In this document: one piece after another, positions 15,396 through 30,423 of the stretch | Numbering within the stretch: position 1 is the stretch's first letter | Layout of the letters: every line of letters begins with the position of its first letter | NCBI GenBank assembly: GCA_964016885.1 | Contig: OZ024752.1 | Location: forward strand, 40,672,001 to 40,736,000 | DNA: 64,000 bases | Direction: 5' to 3' | DNA from: Eledone cirrhosa | Lineage: Eukaryota | The notes under the pieces: model-generated | The model's database searches: none | What the model was told of the DNA's origin: nothing | Seen by the model: the letters and a program-made list of their open reading frames with translations, nothing else | Translations under genes and position numbers: made by a program

Positions 15396-15884
15396 ACCAA
15401 ACGATAGTGTGTAACTGTGTAGTTGTGTAGCTGTGTAGCCGTGTAGTTATGTAGCCGTGTAGCTATGTAGCCGTGTAGCTATGTAGCCGTGTAGCTATGT
15501 AGCCGTGTAGCAGCGACATAATAAAATCTGTGAGGATATATACATGGATGTCAGTATGACCAAACGATAGTGTGTAACTGTTTAGCTGGGTAGCTGTGTA
15601 GCCGTGTAATTATGTAGCCGTGTAGCTATGTAGCCGTGTAGCTATGTAGCCGTGTAGCTATGTAGCCGTGTAGCTATGTAGCCGTGTAGCAGCGACATAA
15701 TAAAATCTGTGAGGATATATACATAGATGTCAGTATGACCAAACGATAGTGTGTAACTGTTTAGCTGGGTAGCTGTGTAGCCGTGTAGTTATGTAGCCGT
15801 GTAGCTGTGTAGCCGTGTAGCTATGTAGCCGTGTAGCAGCGACATAATAAAATCTGTGAGGATATATACATGGATGTCAGTATG
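15396..15884. repeat. Three tandem units of about 145-180 bp, each with a variable internal (TAGCCGTGTAGCTATG)n array
   Basis: Repeated ACCAAACGATAGTGTGTAACTG...CAGCGACATAATAAAATCTGTGAGG. Confidence 0.9.
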
Positions 15885-16194
15885 TATGCATTTCTGTATT
15901 TGGAATGAACACATCAATAGATCTCTAAATATTGGCGTACACACGTTCATAAAGAGCAAGAACTCTTTAGAAATAGTTACAAATTTTAGATATAAGCAAC
16001 GAAAGATGGAATTCTCGTAAACACCGTGGAAAAATATTCCTTATGAATAATGAATAAAGATAGGTAGATGATCAATTGTTAAAATATTTTTACACTTTTC
16101 ACTCAACAGTGTGATCGATAAGTCATTCGATAAATATATATATGTATATATATATATATACATATATGTATATATATATTTCTGTGTGTGTATG

Positions 16195-16243
<49 letters not shown>

Positions 16244-16254
16244 GTGTGTGTATG

Positions 16255-16326
<72 letters not shown>

Positions 16327-16462
16327 ATATAAACACACACACATATATATATATATGTATATATACATAAATAAATATCTATTATATATATATATATATA
16401 TATATAAACACACACATATATATATGTATATATACATAAATAAATATCTATTATATATATAC

Positions 16463-16610
<148 letters not shown>

Positions 16611-16797
16611 TTGGGTGGAAGTATACAGGGACATATAGATATATCGATATATTATTGATATAGAATCAGTAAAAGAGGTGAGAATTGAGAGAGAATCGGT
16701 GAAACGTAACAAAACTTGGATAGAATTCTTATGAAAATTCATAACTACAAATAAATATAATTATAACTATTGTTATATACATGAATATAATGTGTGG

Positions 16798-16922
<125 letters not shown>

Positions 16923-17040
16923 ATATAAATGTGTGTGTGTAAAAATAGTAAACTGAAATAACAAACCAAACGACACTACAATTTGTATATATATACATAT
17001 ATGTATATATATAAATATATATATATACATATTCATATAG

Positions 17041-17089
<49 letters not shown>

Positions 17090-17144
17090 TCTGTATATGT
17101 ATGTCTCTATTTATATATATATATATATATACATATATATATAC

Positions 17145-17252
<108 letters not shown>

Positions 17253-17273
17253 TATACATATATATATATACAC

Positions 17274-17424
<151 letters not shown>

Positions 17425-17719
17425 TATAATATGTATATATATATAAATAGAGACATACACAAACACACACATTTATATATATTTGCTAGAGAAAGAAATA
17501 TTTTGATAAATATTGAATTTGTTATCAATTTAACTATTTGCAATATTAGAAGCATTGATCAATAAATAAAAAACTTAGCGAGAAAGACAGATAAACTTAT
17601 AGAGAGAGATCGAACGATAGAATAGTGGTTGTTAATATATATAAATATGTATATTAGCCATCCCATCAGCCTGGAATTTTATGATGAAACCAATTCATAA
17701 TTTAACTATTTACTACCTT

Positions 17720-18600
17720 TAAATCGATATTGGCGCCAGCCCTTACATATAGTCATGAATCTTGGGTAATGACTGAAAGGATACGATCGTGAATACAAGG
17801 GGCCGATATGGGATTCCTCTGAAGGGTCTTTAGAGTAACGTTATTCGATTGAGTGCGTAGTTAGGGGATCAGAGAATCACTCAAAGTAGAGCTGCTACTT
17901 CTCCGAATTGAGAGACCACAGCTCCGATACTATGGACATGTGGTTAGAATGTCTCAGGAAAGAATCGTTGGACAGATATGTAGCTCTGAGATCAGAGAGT
18001 CAGTCCAGGTGAAGCCGCTATTTCTCTAGATTGAGAGATCACAGCTCTGATACTATGGGCATGATGTTAGAATGTCTCAGGAAAGAATCGCTGGAGAGAT
18101 CTGTAGCTCTGAAATCAGAGAGTCACTCCAGGTGAAGTCGCTACTTCTCTAAATTGAGAGATCACAGCTCTGATACTATGGGCATGTGGTTAGAATGTCC
18201 CAGGAAAGAATCGCTGGAGAGATCTGTAGCTCTGAAATCAGAGAGTCACTCCAGGTGAAGTCGCTACTTCTCTAGATTGAGAGATCACAGCTCTGATACT
18301 ATGGGCATGATGTTAGAATGTCTCAGGAGAGAATCTCTGGACAGATATGTACCTCTGTGATCAGAGAGTCACTCCAGGTGAAGTCGCTACTTCTCTAAAT
18401 TGAGAGATCACAGATGCGATACTATAGGCATGTGGTTAGAATGTCCCAGGAAAGAATCGCTGGACAGATTTTACGGGCAAAACCAACCAGCAGGAGACCT
18501 AACAGTAGACCCACCCGAGCAAGATGGTTGGATAAGATCTATGAGCCCGGATGGTCTCGCTTGGGGATCCAGCCGGATCAGTTAAAGACTATTAGTGCTT
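17720..18600 (+). pseudogene. Degenerate 3' ORF fragment of an RTE-clade (Rex3/Expander-like) LINE with an internal 5x123-bp tandem array
   Basis: PALTYSHESWVMTERIRS*IQGADMGFL...LLLRIERPQLRYYGHVVRM...RRPNSRPTRARWLD; units start at 17868, 17991, 18114, 18237, 18360. Confidence 0.88.
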
Positions 18601-18660
18601 ACCATTTCATTGGCAGAAGGTTACTGGTAGTATGGGTCTATCTATTTACCTTTCAACCAA

Positions 18661-18739
<79 letters not shown>

Positions 18740-18741
18740 CA

Positions 18742-18935
18742 CGTTATTCCGGGTTGAATCGGAGGTAACCACAGTAAGTAAGGTACTCAATACATTGCAG
18801 AGTATAAAAGTTTTAATATAGATGAGACTCTACAGGACCAAAACTGTTTCACTCCTTAGAAATCATCAGGAATCTCTGATGATTTCTAAGGAGTGAAACA
18901 GTTCTGGTCCTGTAGAGTCTCATCTATATTAAAAC
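18742..18935. mobile_element. Family B asymmetric foldback in (TA)n with two back-to-back hammerhead cores
   Basis: About 70-nt tail plus inverted arms centred on GAATCT (18870-18875); second copy at 41571-41720, decayed copy at about 10030-10080. Confidence 0.8.
18824..18876 (-). ncRNA. Type-I hammerhead (family B)
   Basis: GAGATTC-CTGATGA-TTTC-taag-GAGT-GAA-ACAG-ttttggtc-CTGT-A-GAGTCTC; GUA cleavage triplet. Confidence 0.78.
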
Positions 18936-18951
18936 TATATATATATATATA

Positions 18952-19211
<260 letters not shown>

Positions 19212-20027
19212 TGGAATTTAACCAGAAATAATTCGTTATCAATATTTATAAAACGCTTTGCTTATGAATAAAGTAAAACGCGCGTGCAGTAGCAGCCACA
19301 GACACATATACATACATACATACATACATACATACATACATACATACATACGTACACACATACACACATACATACATACATACATACATACATACATACA
19401 TACATTCATACATCCACGTAAACTCCCCTACACGCATATGTTGGACGCCATTAAATAAAAGTCATCCATTTTTACTGCCCCCTTTTTTGATATATGTACG
19501 CCCGAATAGAGTGCAGCCAGCCAGGAGAAGAATACATACATATTCAGAAAATTGCCATACCGACTTACGAATCTACACAGTACACGACACACACTAACCT
19601 TATGTTAGACTAGAACCGAATACGTGAAACGCAGACGATGATAAGATGGCGGCGAGGTTACGCAGAGAAAATAAGAACACAAAAACAACAAGAATCAATT
19701 TTATATACTTAGAGTCCTGTTTAATAGATGGTGTAGCTAAAATAATGACTCTACTTGTATGTAAATATTGGCAATAACTATTGGGTGTCCTTAGTTATCG
19801 GGCTATTATTCTATGGCTTGTGATCTGCAATTCAAAATGGTCATCTATTTGACCTTGTCAGACATTTTGCCAGCCGTTTGTTTCTATTAGTATTACATGT
19901 TTTCTATATTAATCTACTTTACTGTTCTACAGTTGCAATGTATTTATAATGTATGTTAATGCGTATACAGTTTGATATATGATATAGCTTCACATCCACA
20001 CGCAAACACACATGTATACATACTTGA

Positions 20028-20094
<67 letters not shown>

Positions 20095-20142
20095 AATGTT
20101 TGCGTTTATATATGTATATACATTTCTCTTTATTCTTACACA

Positions 20143-20178
<36 letters not shown>

Positions 20179-20276
20179 TATATATATACCCCTCCCTCTT
20201 TCTCTCTCTCTACACACACACACACACATATATATATATACATCTCTCTCTATCTCTTTATTCATACACACACACG

Positions 20277-20402
<126 letters not shown>

Positions 20403-20800
20403 AGATTGTGTGTGTTTGTGTACCTCTCATCATTTGTATATGTGTGTATTTCGTGCATTTAATGCACCAAGAAGCTCAAAAGTCACAAACATTTCAATAG
20501 ATTTTACTAGAAGAACCAAAGCAGACGACAAACAATTAGAAACAAAACTCAAGATGGATGAATATATTGTTTTGATATCACGATATTTATGGGAAGATTA
20601 TAGTAAAGAACTTAACATTATGGTTCATCTAAGTCACCAATAGCGATACAACCTTATATGGTCGGCGCGGCATGCTTCAGTTCAGTATGTAACAATCCCT
20701 TTCTTCTATGTCAGGGGTGGGAAAATGCGGCCCACCAAAGAGTTTTGTCCGACCCGTGGAAGCATTCGGCGAATTAATAAAAGAAACAAAAATCAACAAA

Positions 20801-21120
20801 TTTTTGTATATAATACTTAAGCCGAGACTAGATTTAGCCAGGTTTTTATTCTGGTACGTTTTGTGATGTACAGACACACATTTTTGTATATAACACTTAA
20901 GCCGAGACTAGATTTAGCCATGTTTTTGTTCTGGTACATTTTGTGATGTACAGACACAAATTTTTGTATATAACACTTAAGCCGAGACTAGATTTAGCCA
21001 GGTTTTTGTTCTGGTACGTTTTGTGATGTACAGACACACATTTTTGTATATAACACTTAAGCCGAGACTAGATTTAGCTAGGTTTTTGTTCTGGTACGTT
21101 TTGTGATGTACAGACACACA
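20801..21120. repeat. 80-bp tandem repeat x4, downstream of a hAT-like end (CAGGGGTGGG...TGCGGCCC at 20712)
   Basis: Units at 20801, 20881, 20961, 21041. Confidence 0.92.
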
Positions 21121-21391
21121 TTATAAGAATAATTTGTTTTAAGATTTTTGTATTTAAACATTTTAATAATTCTTTATCATTATGTAAACTTTCGCCAATG
21201 TTATAAGCTATTATCCAAGGTTAGATCTCTACAAAAGAAGATTTCTAGAAAATAAAAATAAAGACAAACCAATGTAAAACTTATCGAAATATTTTTGTCA
21301 ATATGTTTAACACTCAAAATATCTTCAGAATCACCACTGTAGATTTTATTGGATATTTTCTTCCAAAATCTATCTATCTAAATATCTATAT

Positions 21392-21766
21392 CTTTTTTTC
21401 AAATACCACTTTGGAAGAAGAATCAGGATGGAAAGAGAGGTGCTGTACCTCAGCAAGTTTTATGAAAGGTGGGTGAAAGTAGCGAGAATGGCCCGAGTGA
21501 ATGGGCCTTCTCTCTATATCAGCCTGTAGGTTGAGGAAAAGGAGGAGGAGAGGAAAGGAGTACAAACTCTTCGTACTCCTGGAGATGAGGGTTGCACATT
21601 TTTTCGGGGGTATGTGTTACCCATATAAACTGTCTGCCCTATTGGGGAAAATCGACTAACTTTTTAAATTGCATTTGTGATAACATTTTACACGTTTTTA
21701 TTGTATGTAAACTTCCCCCTTTGTATTTGTCCCCTTCTTTTGTGCCCCTGTGACTAATAAAGAAAC
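21392..21766 (+). pseudogene. 3' fragment of a Tx1/L1-like LINE flanked by (ATCT)n
   Basis: FFKYHFGRRIRMEREVLYLSKFYERWVKVARMARVNG...* followed by a UTR ending CCCTGTGACTAATAAAGAAA; clade assignment is inference. Confidence 0.6.
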
Positions 21767-21767
21767 A

Positions 21768-21835
<68 letters not shown>

Positions 21836-22036
21836 CTCTTCTCTCTCTCTCTATCTATCTAACTATCTCTTACTTTCTCTCTGTCCCTCTCGCTATCCCT
21901 TTCTCTTTCTCTTTCTCTCTCTCTTTCTCTTTCTCTCTCTCTCTTAATCTATCTATCTACCTCTTACTTCACCCCCTCTCTTTCTCTTTGTCTGTCTCTC
22001 TATCTATCTGCCCCCTCTCTCTTTCTATCTATCTAC

Positions 22037-22131
<95 letters not shown>

Positions 22132-22423
22132 GCCACCTCTTCACTAGGGTTGTCTCAACTAAGAAAGATATCTGTTATTCTCCCCTAATTACTGCGGTTC
22201 ATCTCCAAGATTCCCTTTCTCGACAGAACAGGCAATTCCCGGAAACAGACCTACCACTGAAGCCGCCACACTCCAGTACACCCTTAACTACACACACAAC
22301 ACGCTACCCACTATACTCTCCCTCTCCTCCTCTCTCTCTGTCTCTGTCTCCCCTCTCTCTGTGTTTCCCTCTCTCTTTGCCTGCCTCCCTCTCTCTCTGG
22401 GTCTCTCTCTCTCTCTCTCTGGG

Positions 22424-22491
<68 letters not shown>

Positions 22492-22535
22492 AAAATATGT
22501 ATATATATATATATATTATATATATATATATATTA

Positions 22536-22722
22536 TATGGAAAGTTATATTTAAATTGTTGTGTTACAACTAGTAAATATTTTTATCTAAAGACATTTTT
22601 TCCAATTCCAAATCTATCTATCGTCCGAAACGGCATAGCATATTGTTAATATGTTATCCCTGAAATATATATAATGAAATAAATATGGTTTTATAAATAT
22701 AGTTTCCATTTATTTAATATTG
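22536..22722. mobile_element. Truncated family A foldback (tail end inverted plus 3' half of hammerhead)
   Basis: Homology to 13140-13285. Confidence 0.7.
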
Positions 22723-22754
22723 TATATATATATTATATATATATATATATAATA

Positions 22755-22793
<39 letters not shown>

Positions 22794-22920
22794 GATTGGG
22801 TCTACTCCACCCCCTCCCCTCTTTCTCCTACTGGCAGGTTTAGCCACCATCTCCCCTACTAATTTGCAATCACAGAATTACTACTGATTTTTGACAATCA
22901 CTTTGACCATATATGGAATT

Positions 22921-23014
22921 ACCCCTTGAGAAGATCGGCTATTTAAATACCAGGATAAATTTTCATTTAGTCCAGAATTAGCCGTCGAAACGGCTTGAGC
23001 TCAGCTGTCGGGGT
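22921..23014 (+). ncRNA. Type-I hammerhead (family C) with U3-A8 core variant
   Basis: ACCCC-TTGAGAA-GAtCGGCTA...TAGCCGTC-GAA-ACGGC-ttgagctca-GCTGT-C-GGGGT. Confidence 0.7.
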
Positions 23015-23321
23015 CTTACTGGTTCCTATATAATTATATATATATATTATATATATATATATATATATAATTATATATATATATATATATAATTATATAT
23101 ATATATATATATAATTATATATATATATATATATATAATTATATATATATATATATATATAATTATATATATATATATATATATAATTATATATATATAT
23201 ATATATATAATTATATATATATATATATATAATTATATATATATATATATATATAATTATATATATATATATATATAATTATATATATATATATAATTAT
23301 ATATATATATATATATATATA

Positions 23322-23429
<108 letters not shown>

Positions 23430-23447
23430 ATATTATATATATATATA

Positions 23448-23493
<46 letters not shown>

Positions 23494-24058
23494 ATATTAT
23501 ATATATATATATAATTATATATATATATATAATTATATATTAAGCGTAAGGAATTCTTTTACAATGGAATTAGCTCGAAAGGAAGCTTTATTTTATAATT
23601 ATATATATAAAGGGCGGTGCCCCAGCATGGCCTCAGCCGGATGGCTGAAACAGGTAAAAGAGTATATATATAATTATATATATATATATATATATAATTA
23701 TATATATATATATATATATAATATATTTCTTTCTTCCAGTAAATGCACACATTCACACACATGCATCAAAAACATATGCACACACGCAATCACACACACA
23801 TACGTGCGCACGTACAAACACATGTACATACACGTACAAACACATACAAACACACATACACACTCACGCTCACTCACTTCACAAGCACTCATACACACAC
23901 ATGCACAAAGACACTCACACGTATACCACTCAGATACACAAGCACATGCTTACATACGTACACATACACACGCACACACACACACCCTATATCTATATAT
24001 ATGTGTGTGTGTGTGTGTAATTCTAAGTAAAAAGAGCGTTATTATCTAAATTGAAGTG

Positions 24059-24378
24059 GGCGGTGGATTGGCAGTATCGGTGGAGGGTCGGACGCCATGC
24101 TTTCCAGCATAGAGTTATGTCCCTTTACGATCTGAGTTCAAATCCCGCTGAGGTTGACTTTGCCTTTCATCCTTACGGGGTCGATTAAATAAAGTACCAG
24201 TAATGCACTAGTCAATTGCTGGCCTTGTGCCTAAAGTAGAAACAATTATTATTATTATTATTATTCTGAGTTCAAATCCCGCTGAGGTTAACTTTGCCTT
24301 TCATCCTTACGGGGTCGATAAAATAAAGTACCAGTAATGCACTGGATAATTGCTGGCCTTGTGCCTAAAGTGGAAACA
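24059..24378 (+). mobile_element. OK-like SINE plus duplicated 3' half inside one 18-bp TSD
   Basis: TSD ATTATCTAAATTGAAGTG at 24041-24058 and 24379-24396. Confidence 0.92.
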
Positions 24379-25067
24379 ATTATCTAAATTGAAGTGTTTT
24401 GTGACACAATAATTCAACTTGCCTCCATCTATTCTACAGAACGAACCAAATAGTTTCTTCTATTCTGTCGTCATTTACAAATGCGCTCATGTCACACGGT
24501 GACAAGGGTTAGCTAGGTCACTTTACTCATTCGATTTTAACATTATAACAACAACAATAACAACAAAAACAACAACAGAGAAACAAAGAACAACAACAAA
24601 TGGTTAAAATAAAAAAAAAAACAAAAAAAAAAAAATAAAACAACCTACAATATTGTGAACTGTCAGCCATGGTGACGGCTCATTTGGACAACATTTGAAA
24701 GCTGATATGAAATTGCTTTAAACAACCCAATTACCGTAATTGCAATTAACTAGGAAGTAAGAATATTATCGTAATTGAAGTCCTCAACTGGAGTCTATTT
24801 TATAAATCGAGAAAGCCTTTACGTGGTCACTTGACCTGCTAGAAATAACAAACATATTTTCTTCAAATCACACCCTATCATCTTGAATAACGGACGCAAT
24901 AAATTATGGGATCATAGAGACGCTGTTTTCAAACAATTCAACCCTAAACAAACCAAAATACAGAGATTGGAGGATAAGGGATAGAATGTGGTTTGATCAT
25001 AGTTATTCTTTCTTGAAATGGCTCCAAAAGAAAGCCAGGAACTATCTCATAACCTTAAACAATAGTT

Positions 25068-25243
25068 GTTTCTACTTTTGGCACAAGGCCAGCAATTATC
25101 CCAGTGTATTTATTTTATTGACCCCCGTAAGGATGAAAGGCAAAGTTAACCTCCGCGGGATTTGAACTCAGACCATAAATGGCCGTTACTCTTTGCTGCA
25201 AAGCATGGCGCCCGACCCTCTACCGATACTACCAATCCACCGA
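25068..25243 (-). mobile_element. OK-like tRNA SINE
   Basis: Family consensus. Confidence 0.88.
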
Positions 25244-25247
25244 CCAT

Positions 25248-25440
25248 AATGATTTCTGTTGACATATGCATCAGGGAAGGTCCTAATTTGGTTTTATTGA
25301 TACTGAACTTATTGATACTGAACTTATCTGGTCTTATTGATACCACTGAGGTGTTAGGATGAAGTCAAGCTGGTTGTGAGTCCTGCTACTGGGGGCATAC
25401 CATGTTGTTCTTCATGAGGTCTTGCTAGGGACAGTGTAAC
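25248..25440 (-). pseudogene. Degenerate APE endonuclease C-terminal fragment of a LINE (RTE-like)
   Basis: RTTWYAPSSRTHNQLDFILTPQW and IRTFPDAYVNRNH match the TW..P.G...NQID.IL and R.FPGAD..SDH motifs. Confidence 0.8.
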
Positions 25441-26146
25441 TAAGGTCATTCCCTTTTAGTTTGCTTTAGAAATGCCTGGATGAGTCCATTTACTCTCCAG
25501 GCTTGGCAGTAGAAGCAGTTACCGGGATGTGGCTGAAAAAATGTCTCGGAGTCAAAAGTAAATGTCAGACGAGAACCAATGTACTCGTCTATCTCTAAGG
25601 ATGCCGTTGTCAGACATCAACCTATTCTCTCTACCAGAAGACACCAACCTTTCATTATCAGCCAGTAAATGTGTAATTTTGTGCCGTAATATTAAACGAA
25701 TATGCCGAAGTCTATGTCTCGCTGGTAATTCTATAATATGACCGAAACGTGAAGAATTTCCTTCCGTTTTTGCTGGAATAATTCAAATAATATTACTCAC
25801 TGAAAAATATTGGTTTCTTCTCAACATAATTATTTTTTGGTTAACGTTTCAATAATTTACTAACTTAAATATATTCCAGCAGTTAAATTCTTCCCTTTCA
25901 GTTGCACCTGAGTCGACTTTGACGTCCTTCTATTGAAACAGTTAAAGAATTCTCTCACAAAATATGTTGTTTTTTGTTTGTTTATGATTAGACAAAATAA
26001 GTCCAAATTAAGACGATATGATGTGAACTAATATCGTAGAATCGTCAACAGTGACTTAATAAGCCAATAAAATAGAAAATGGTTGTCTAACTTGTCAAGC
26101 AAGATTGTCGATATTGATATTCTGAGACTCGGTGAAAAATGTTCGA

Positions 26147-26396
26147 GTGAGTGTGTCTGTGTGTGTGTGTGAAAGTGTGTGTGTGTCTGTGAGTGTGTGT
26201 CTGTGTATATGTGTGAAAGTGTGTGTGCATCTGTGTGTGTGAAAGTGTGTGTGTGTGTCTGTGAGTGTGTGTCTGTGTATATGTGTGAAAGTGTGTGTGC
26301 ATCTGTGTGTGTGAAAGTGTGTGTGTGTCTGTGAGTGTGTGTCTGTGTATATGTGTGAAAGTGTGTGTGCATCTGTGTGTGTGAAAGTGTGTGTGC
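26147..26396. repeat. TG-rich compound minisatellite
   Basis: Directly visible. Confidence 0.9.
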
Positions 26397-26632
26397 AATA
26401 GGTTCATGTAAATGTTTAGGGTGGGATAACTAATGATTAAATACAGATTTTCTATGAATTTTATCAGTGTGTGACACGACAGACTCTGACTTACAAGTAC
26501 AGTTCTTTGACGGGCTTCCAAGCAGTTTCTGTCTACTTGACTTCTCACACAAGACATGGGTCAATCCGACGGTGTATCTACGATTCCATCGGGTCTTACG
26601 AATCTGATCAATCATGTAACTTCATGTAATAA

Positions 26633-26811
26633 TTGTTTCTACTTTTGGCTCAATGTCAGCAATTACCCCAGTGCATTACTGGTACTTTATTTTATCGACC
26701 CCGTAAGGATGAAAGACAAAGTTAACCTCGGCGGGATTTGAACTCAGACTATAAAGGGACGTAACTATGCTGCAAAGCATGGCGTCAGACCCTCCACCGA
26801 TACTGCCAATC
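26633..26811 (-). mobile_element. OK-like tRNA SINE
   Basis: Family consensus. Confidence 0.88.
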
Positions 26812-27072
26812 AATAATACAATTCAATTGGCTTTCGTTTTTCAGTAAAACGAATTCAATTTTTCGTACAACCCATATCTCACCTAGAATGAAATTGTGGG
26901 GTCGTCTGTCGGATGAACTGTAGCTTGCCCACACTGTCACGCTTTCTAAAGAAATCTATCTATCTATCTATCTATCTATCTATTTATCTACCTTTTTACA
27001 CGACTGCATGTAAAATCCTGCATGTCTTTGTATTGTCCCCTTTTCTTGTGCGCCCTTGTGGCTAATAAAGAA

Positions 27073-27130
<58 letters not shown>

Positions 27131-27192
27131 TTGTCTATCCATTTGTCTGTCTGTCTGTTTGTCTGTCTGCCTATCTGTGTCTTTGTGTCTTC

Positions 27193-27236
<44 letters not shown>

Positions 27237-27249
27237 ATGTGTGTGTGTC

Positions 27250-27306
<57 letters not shown>

Positions 27307-27857
27307 TTAGATATAAGGATCTTGCGAATAACGAAAAACAAACAACCCCCCACCCTCAAAAAACCACAACAACAAAAACAAAAAATAAATAAAAGCCAAA
27401 TTATTTTGAGTACTTTAAAAGCGTCAAAAGGTCACAGCATTTAAGAAATTAAACCGGGTAATATATGACCCTATTAATTCAAATTACAGAAATACATTTT
27501 ATCTTCTACTTCGTCTTAGACGTCTTCTTCTTTGTTTTGAGGCCAAGTACTAGAGTTGAGAGTTAATTGCACAGATTTTTCAAGAAAAGTTGTCTAACAT
27601 TGCTTGGCATTTTTCCCTTTCTCAGATGACCAGTTCGCAAGCAATACTAATTATAGGTTGACGCGTGTCATTTCACAGCAAACTCTCTCTCTCTTTTCTA
27701 ACGCCAAGAGGGCTTTAATTAATTAGTAATCCTTGTTAAAAGAAGCGAGTCAGCGTTGTCACTCGCTAGCTACCCACCAGAGGCTAAGATTAATAAACAT
27801 ACAGCTAATACGACGGAAACATACAAATTTACTGAAAGGTAGAGAAACAGTGTTTAC

Positions 27858-27909
27858 CTCGACACGTCAAGCTCATCAAACTCAATCCTGTCTTTGGCAA
27901 TGTGTCGCT
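27858..27909 (-). CDS. Candidate 52-nt internal exon
   Basis: ctttctgttcgtgttcAG | (x)RHIAKDRIEFDELDVS(x) | GTAAAC, in non-repetitive sequence. Confidence 0.45.
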
Positions 27910-28191
27910 CTGAACACGAACAGAAAGTGAGTTAGATAACATTTGCCATCTGACTCATCTATCTTGTTTCTTTCTATCCACCTGCTCTACACACTTCTAC
28001 TCCGCACCCTTACAAACCCTCGCCCGCCCTCGTTTCTTCCCGTGGAAGTGCGAATATTGAGAAAGATGACATCTGTAGTATGGAGACAAGGAAAACTTCG
28101 AGATGACTGAACAAACGAATTCATCAGGAAATTTCGCCCCACTCTACATTCTACATCGTTATCACAATCTCTCTCTCTCTCTCTATCTATC

Positions 28192-28252
<61 letters not shown>

Positions 28253-28486
28253 ATTTAATATATTATCTATTACAGCTATCACTTTTTGTGATATATATTT
28301 ATACATACATACGAACATACATATGCATACATATTTATGTATGTATGTATGTATGTATGTATGTATGTATGTATGTATGTATGTATGTATGTATGTATGT
28401 ATGTATGTATGTATGTATATATATATATATATATGCATATATATGTATGTATGTATATCTATATGTATAGATATATATGTATATAA

Positions 28487-28609
<123 letters not shown>

Positions 28610-28783
28610 GATATACATACATACATATATATGCATATATATATATATATATGCATATAGATATACATACATACATATATATGCATATATATATATAAGT
28701 GAACTATAACCTCCTCCATATATATATATATATATATCATACATATATACATACATATATACATACATACATACATACATACA

Positions 28784-28817
<34 letters not shown>

Positions 28818-28989
28818 CATATATACATACATATATAAATATGTATGCATATGTATGTTCGTATGTATGTATAAATATATATGACAAAAAGTGATAGCTG
28901 TAATAGATAATATATTAAATAGATAGATAGATAGATAGATAGTTAGAGAGAGATATATATGAATGTATATATATATGTATATATATATG

Positions 28990-29058
<69 letters not shown>

Positions 29059-29097
29059 AATCAAGGTTTAGCAAATAAGAAAAAGTTTCAAAATAAA

Positions 29098-29139
<42 letters not shown>

Positions 29140-29462
29140 TATATATAATAAAAGTTACGCATTTGGTGCCGAAACGGCTTGAGCTCAGCCGTCGGGCACT
29201 AACACTTTAGAATATATATATATCATTATATACATAATTACGTGTATATTCTATAAATATATGTATGTACATGTCCATGTTTGTGTGTGTGTGTGTGTGT
29301 GTGTGTGAGACTGTGTGCGGCTAAGTATGTACATATATGTGTATGTGAGTATGAGATAATATATGTAGACATTTAATTATCGATTTATCGATCTAATTAA
29401 CAAGGTTAGATAGATATCATTTATTCAAGTGACATGACGTGCTCTATCCCAATTTATTTATC

Positions 29463-29501
<39 letters not shown>

Positions 29502-29564
29502 GTATACGTGTGAATGTAATTGTTTTTCTTATTATTTTTCGTATACATATATATATATATATAC

Positions 29565-29598
<34 letters not shown>

Positions 29599-29811
29599 GC
29601 CTACACACAGACAAACACACGCGCATATATATATGTGTGTGTATATGTGCTTATGCATATGCAAGTATAAATTTATATTTATGTATGTATATATGTGTAT
29701 ATATGTATATATATAATTATATATATATATGTATATGTATATATATATTTATATATATGTATATAGATAATTATTATATATATATATATGTATATAGATA
29801 ATTATAATTAT

Positions 29812-29847
<36 letters not shown>

Positions 29848-29879
29848 CATTTACATACACATATACATAAATACATATA

Positions 29880-29917
<38 letters not shown>

Positions 29918-29999
29918 TATATCTTATATCGCTAGATATACAAATTTACATATTATATATATATATATACACACGCACACACGCACCCCCCTACACACA

Positions 30000-30063
<64 letters not shown>

Positions 30064-30423
30064 AAGAGAGAGACAACATATTTCTTCTAGCCTCTGTTAT
30101 CAGTCACTCTATATTCACAGCAGCTCACATGCCAATCATAGGCAGAAGTAAAAAGTATTAACTCATGTTTCAATGTCAAATTCAACAATTTTTCCTGCTA
30201 TTAATATTTATGAAATAGGGAGAGTTCAGGCCAGATATTTAATATTGGTAAAGGTAAATTGAATCAAAATCATATAAATATAATACAGAACACTAACACA
30301 ACAAAAGAAGAAAACAATACTAAATAGAAAATTAGAAATATTTCCATGCTTTCATGTATATTCTGGGACTGTGGTTGTATTGCTACATACGCCGCACAAA
30401 TATATATATATATATATATATAT

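Noticed and set aside
19599-19609. 11-nt minus-strand microexon candidate (also 9 nt at 57228-57236)
   Set aside because: Such short AG/GT-bounded matches occur by chance; the first would introduce a stop and the second lies in a TA-embedded island.
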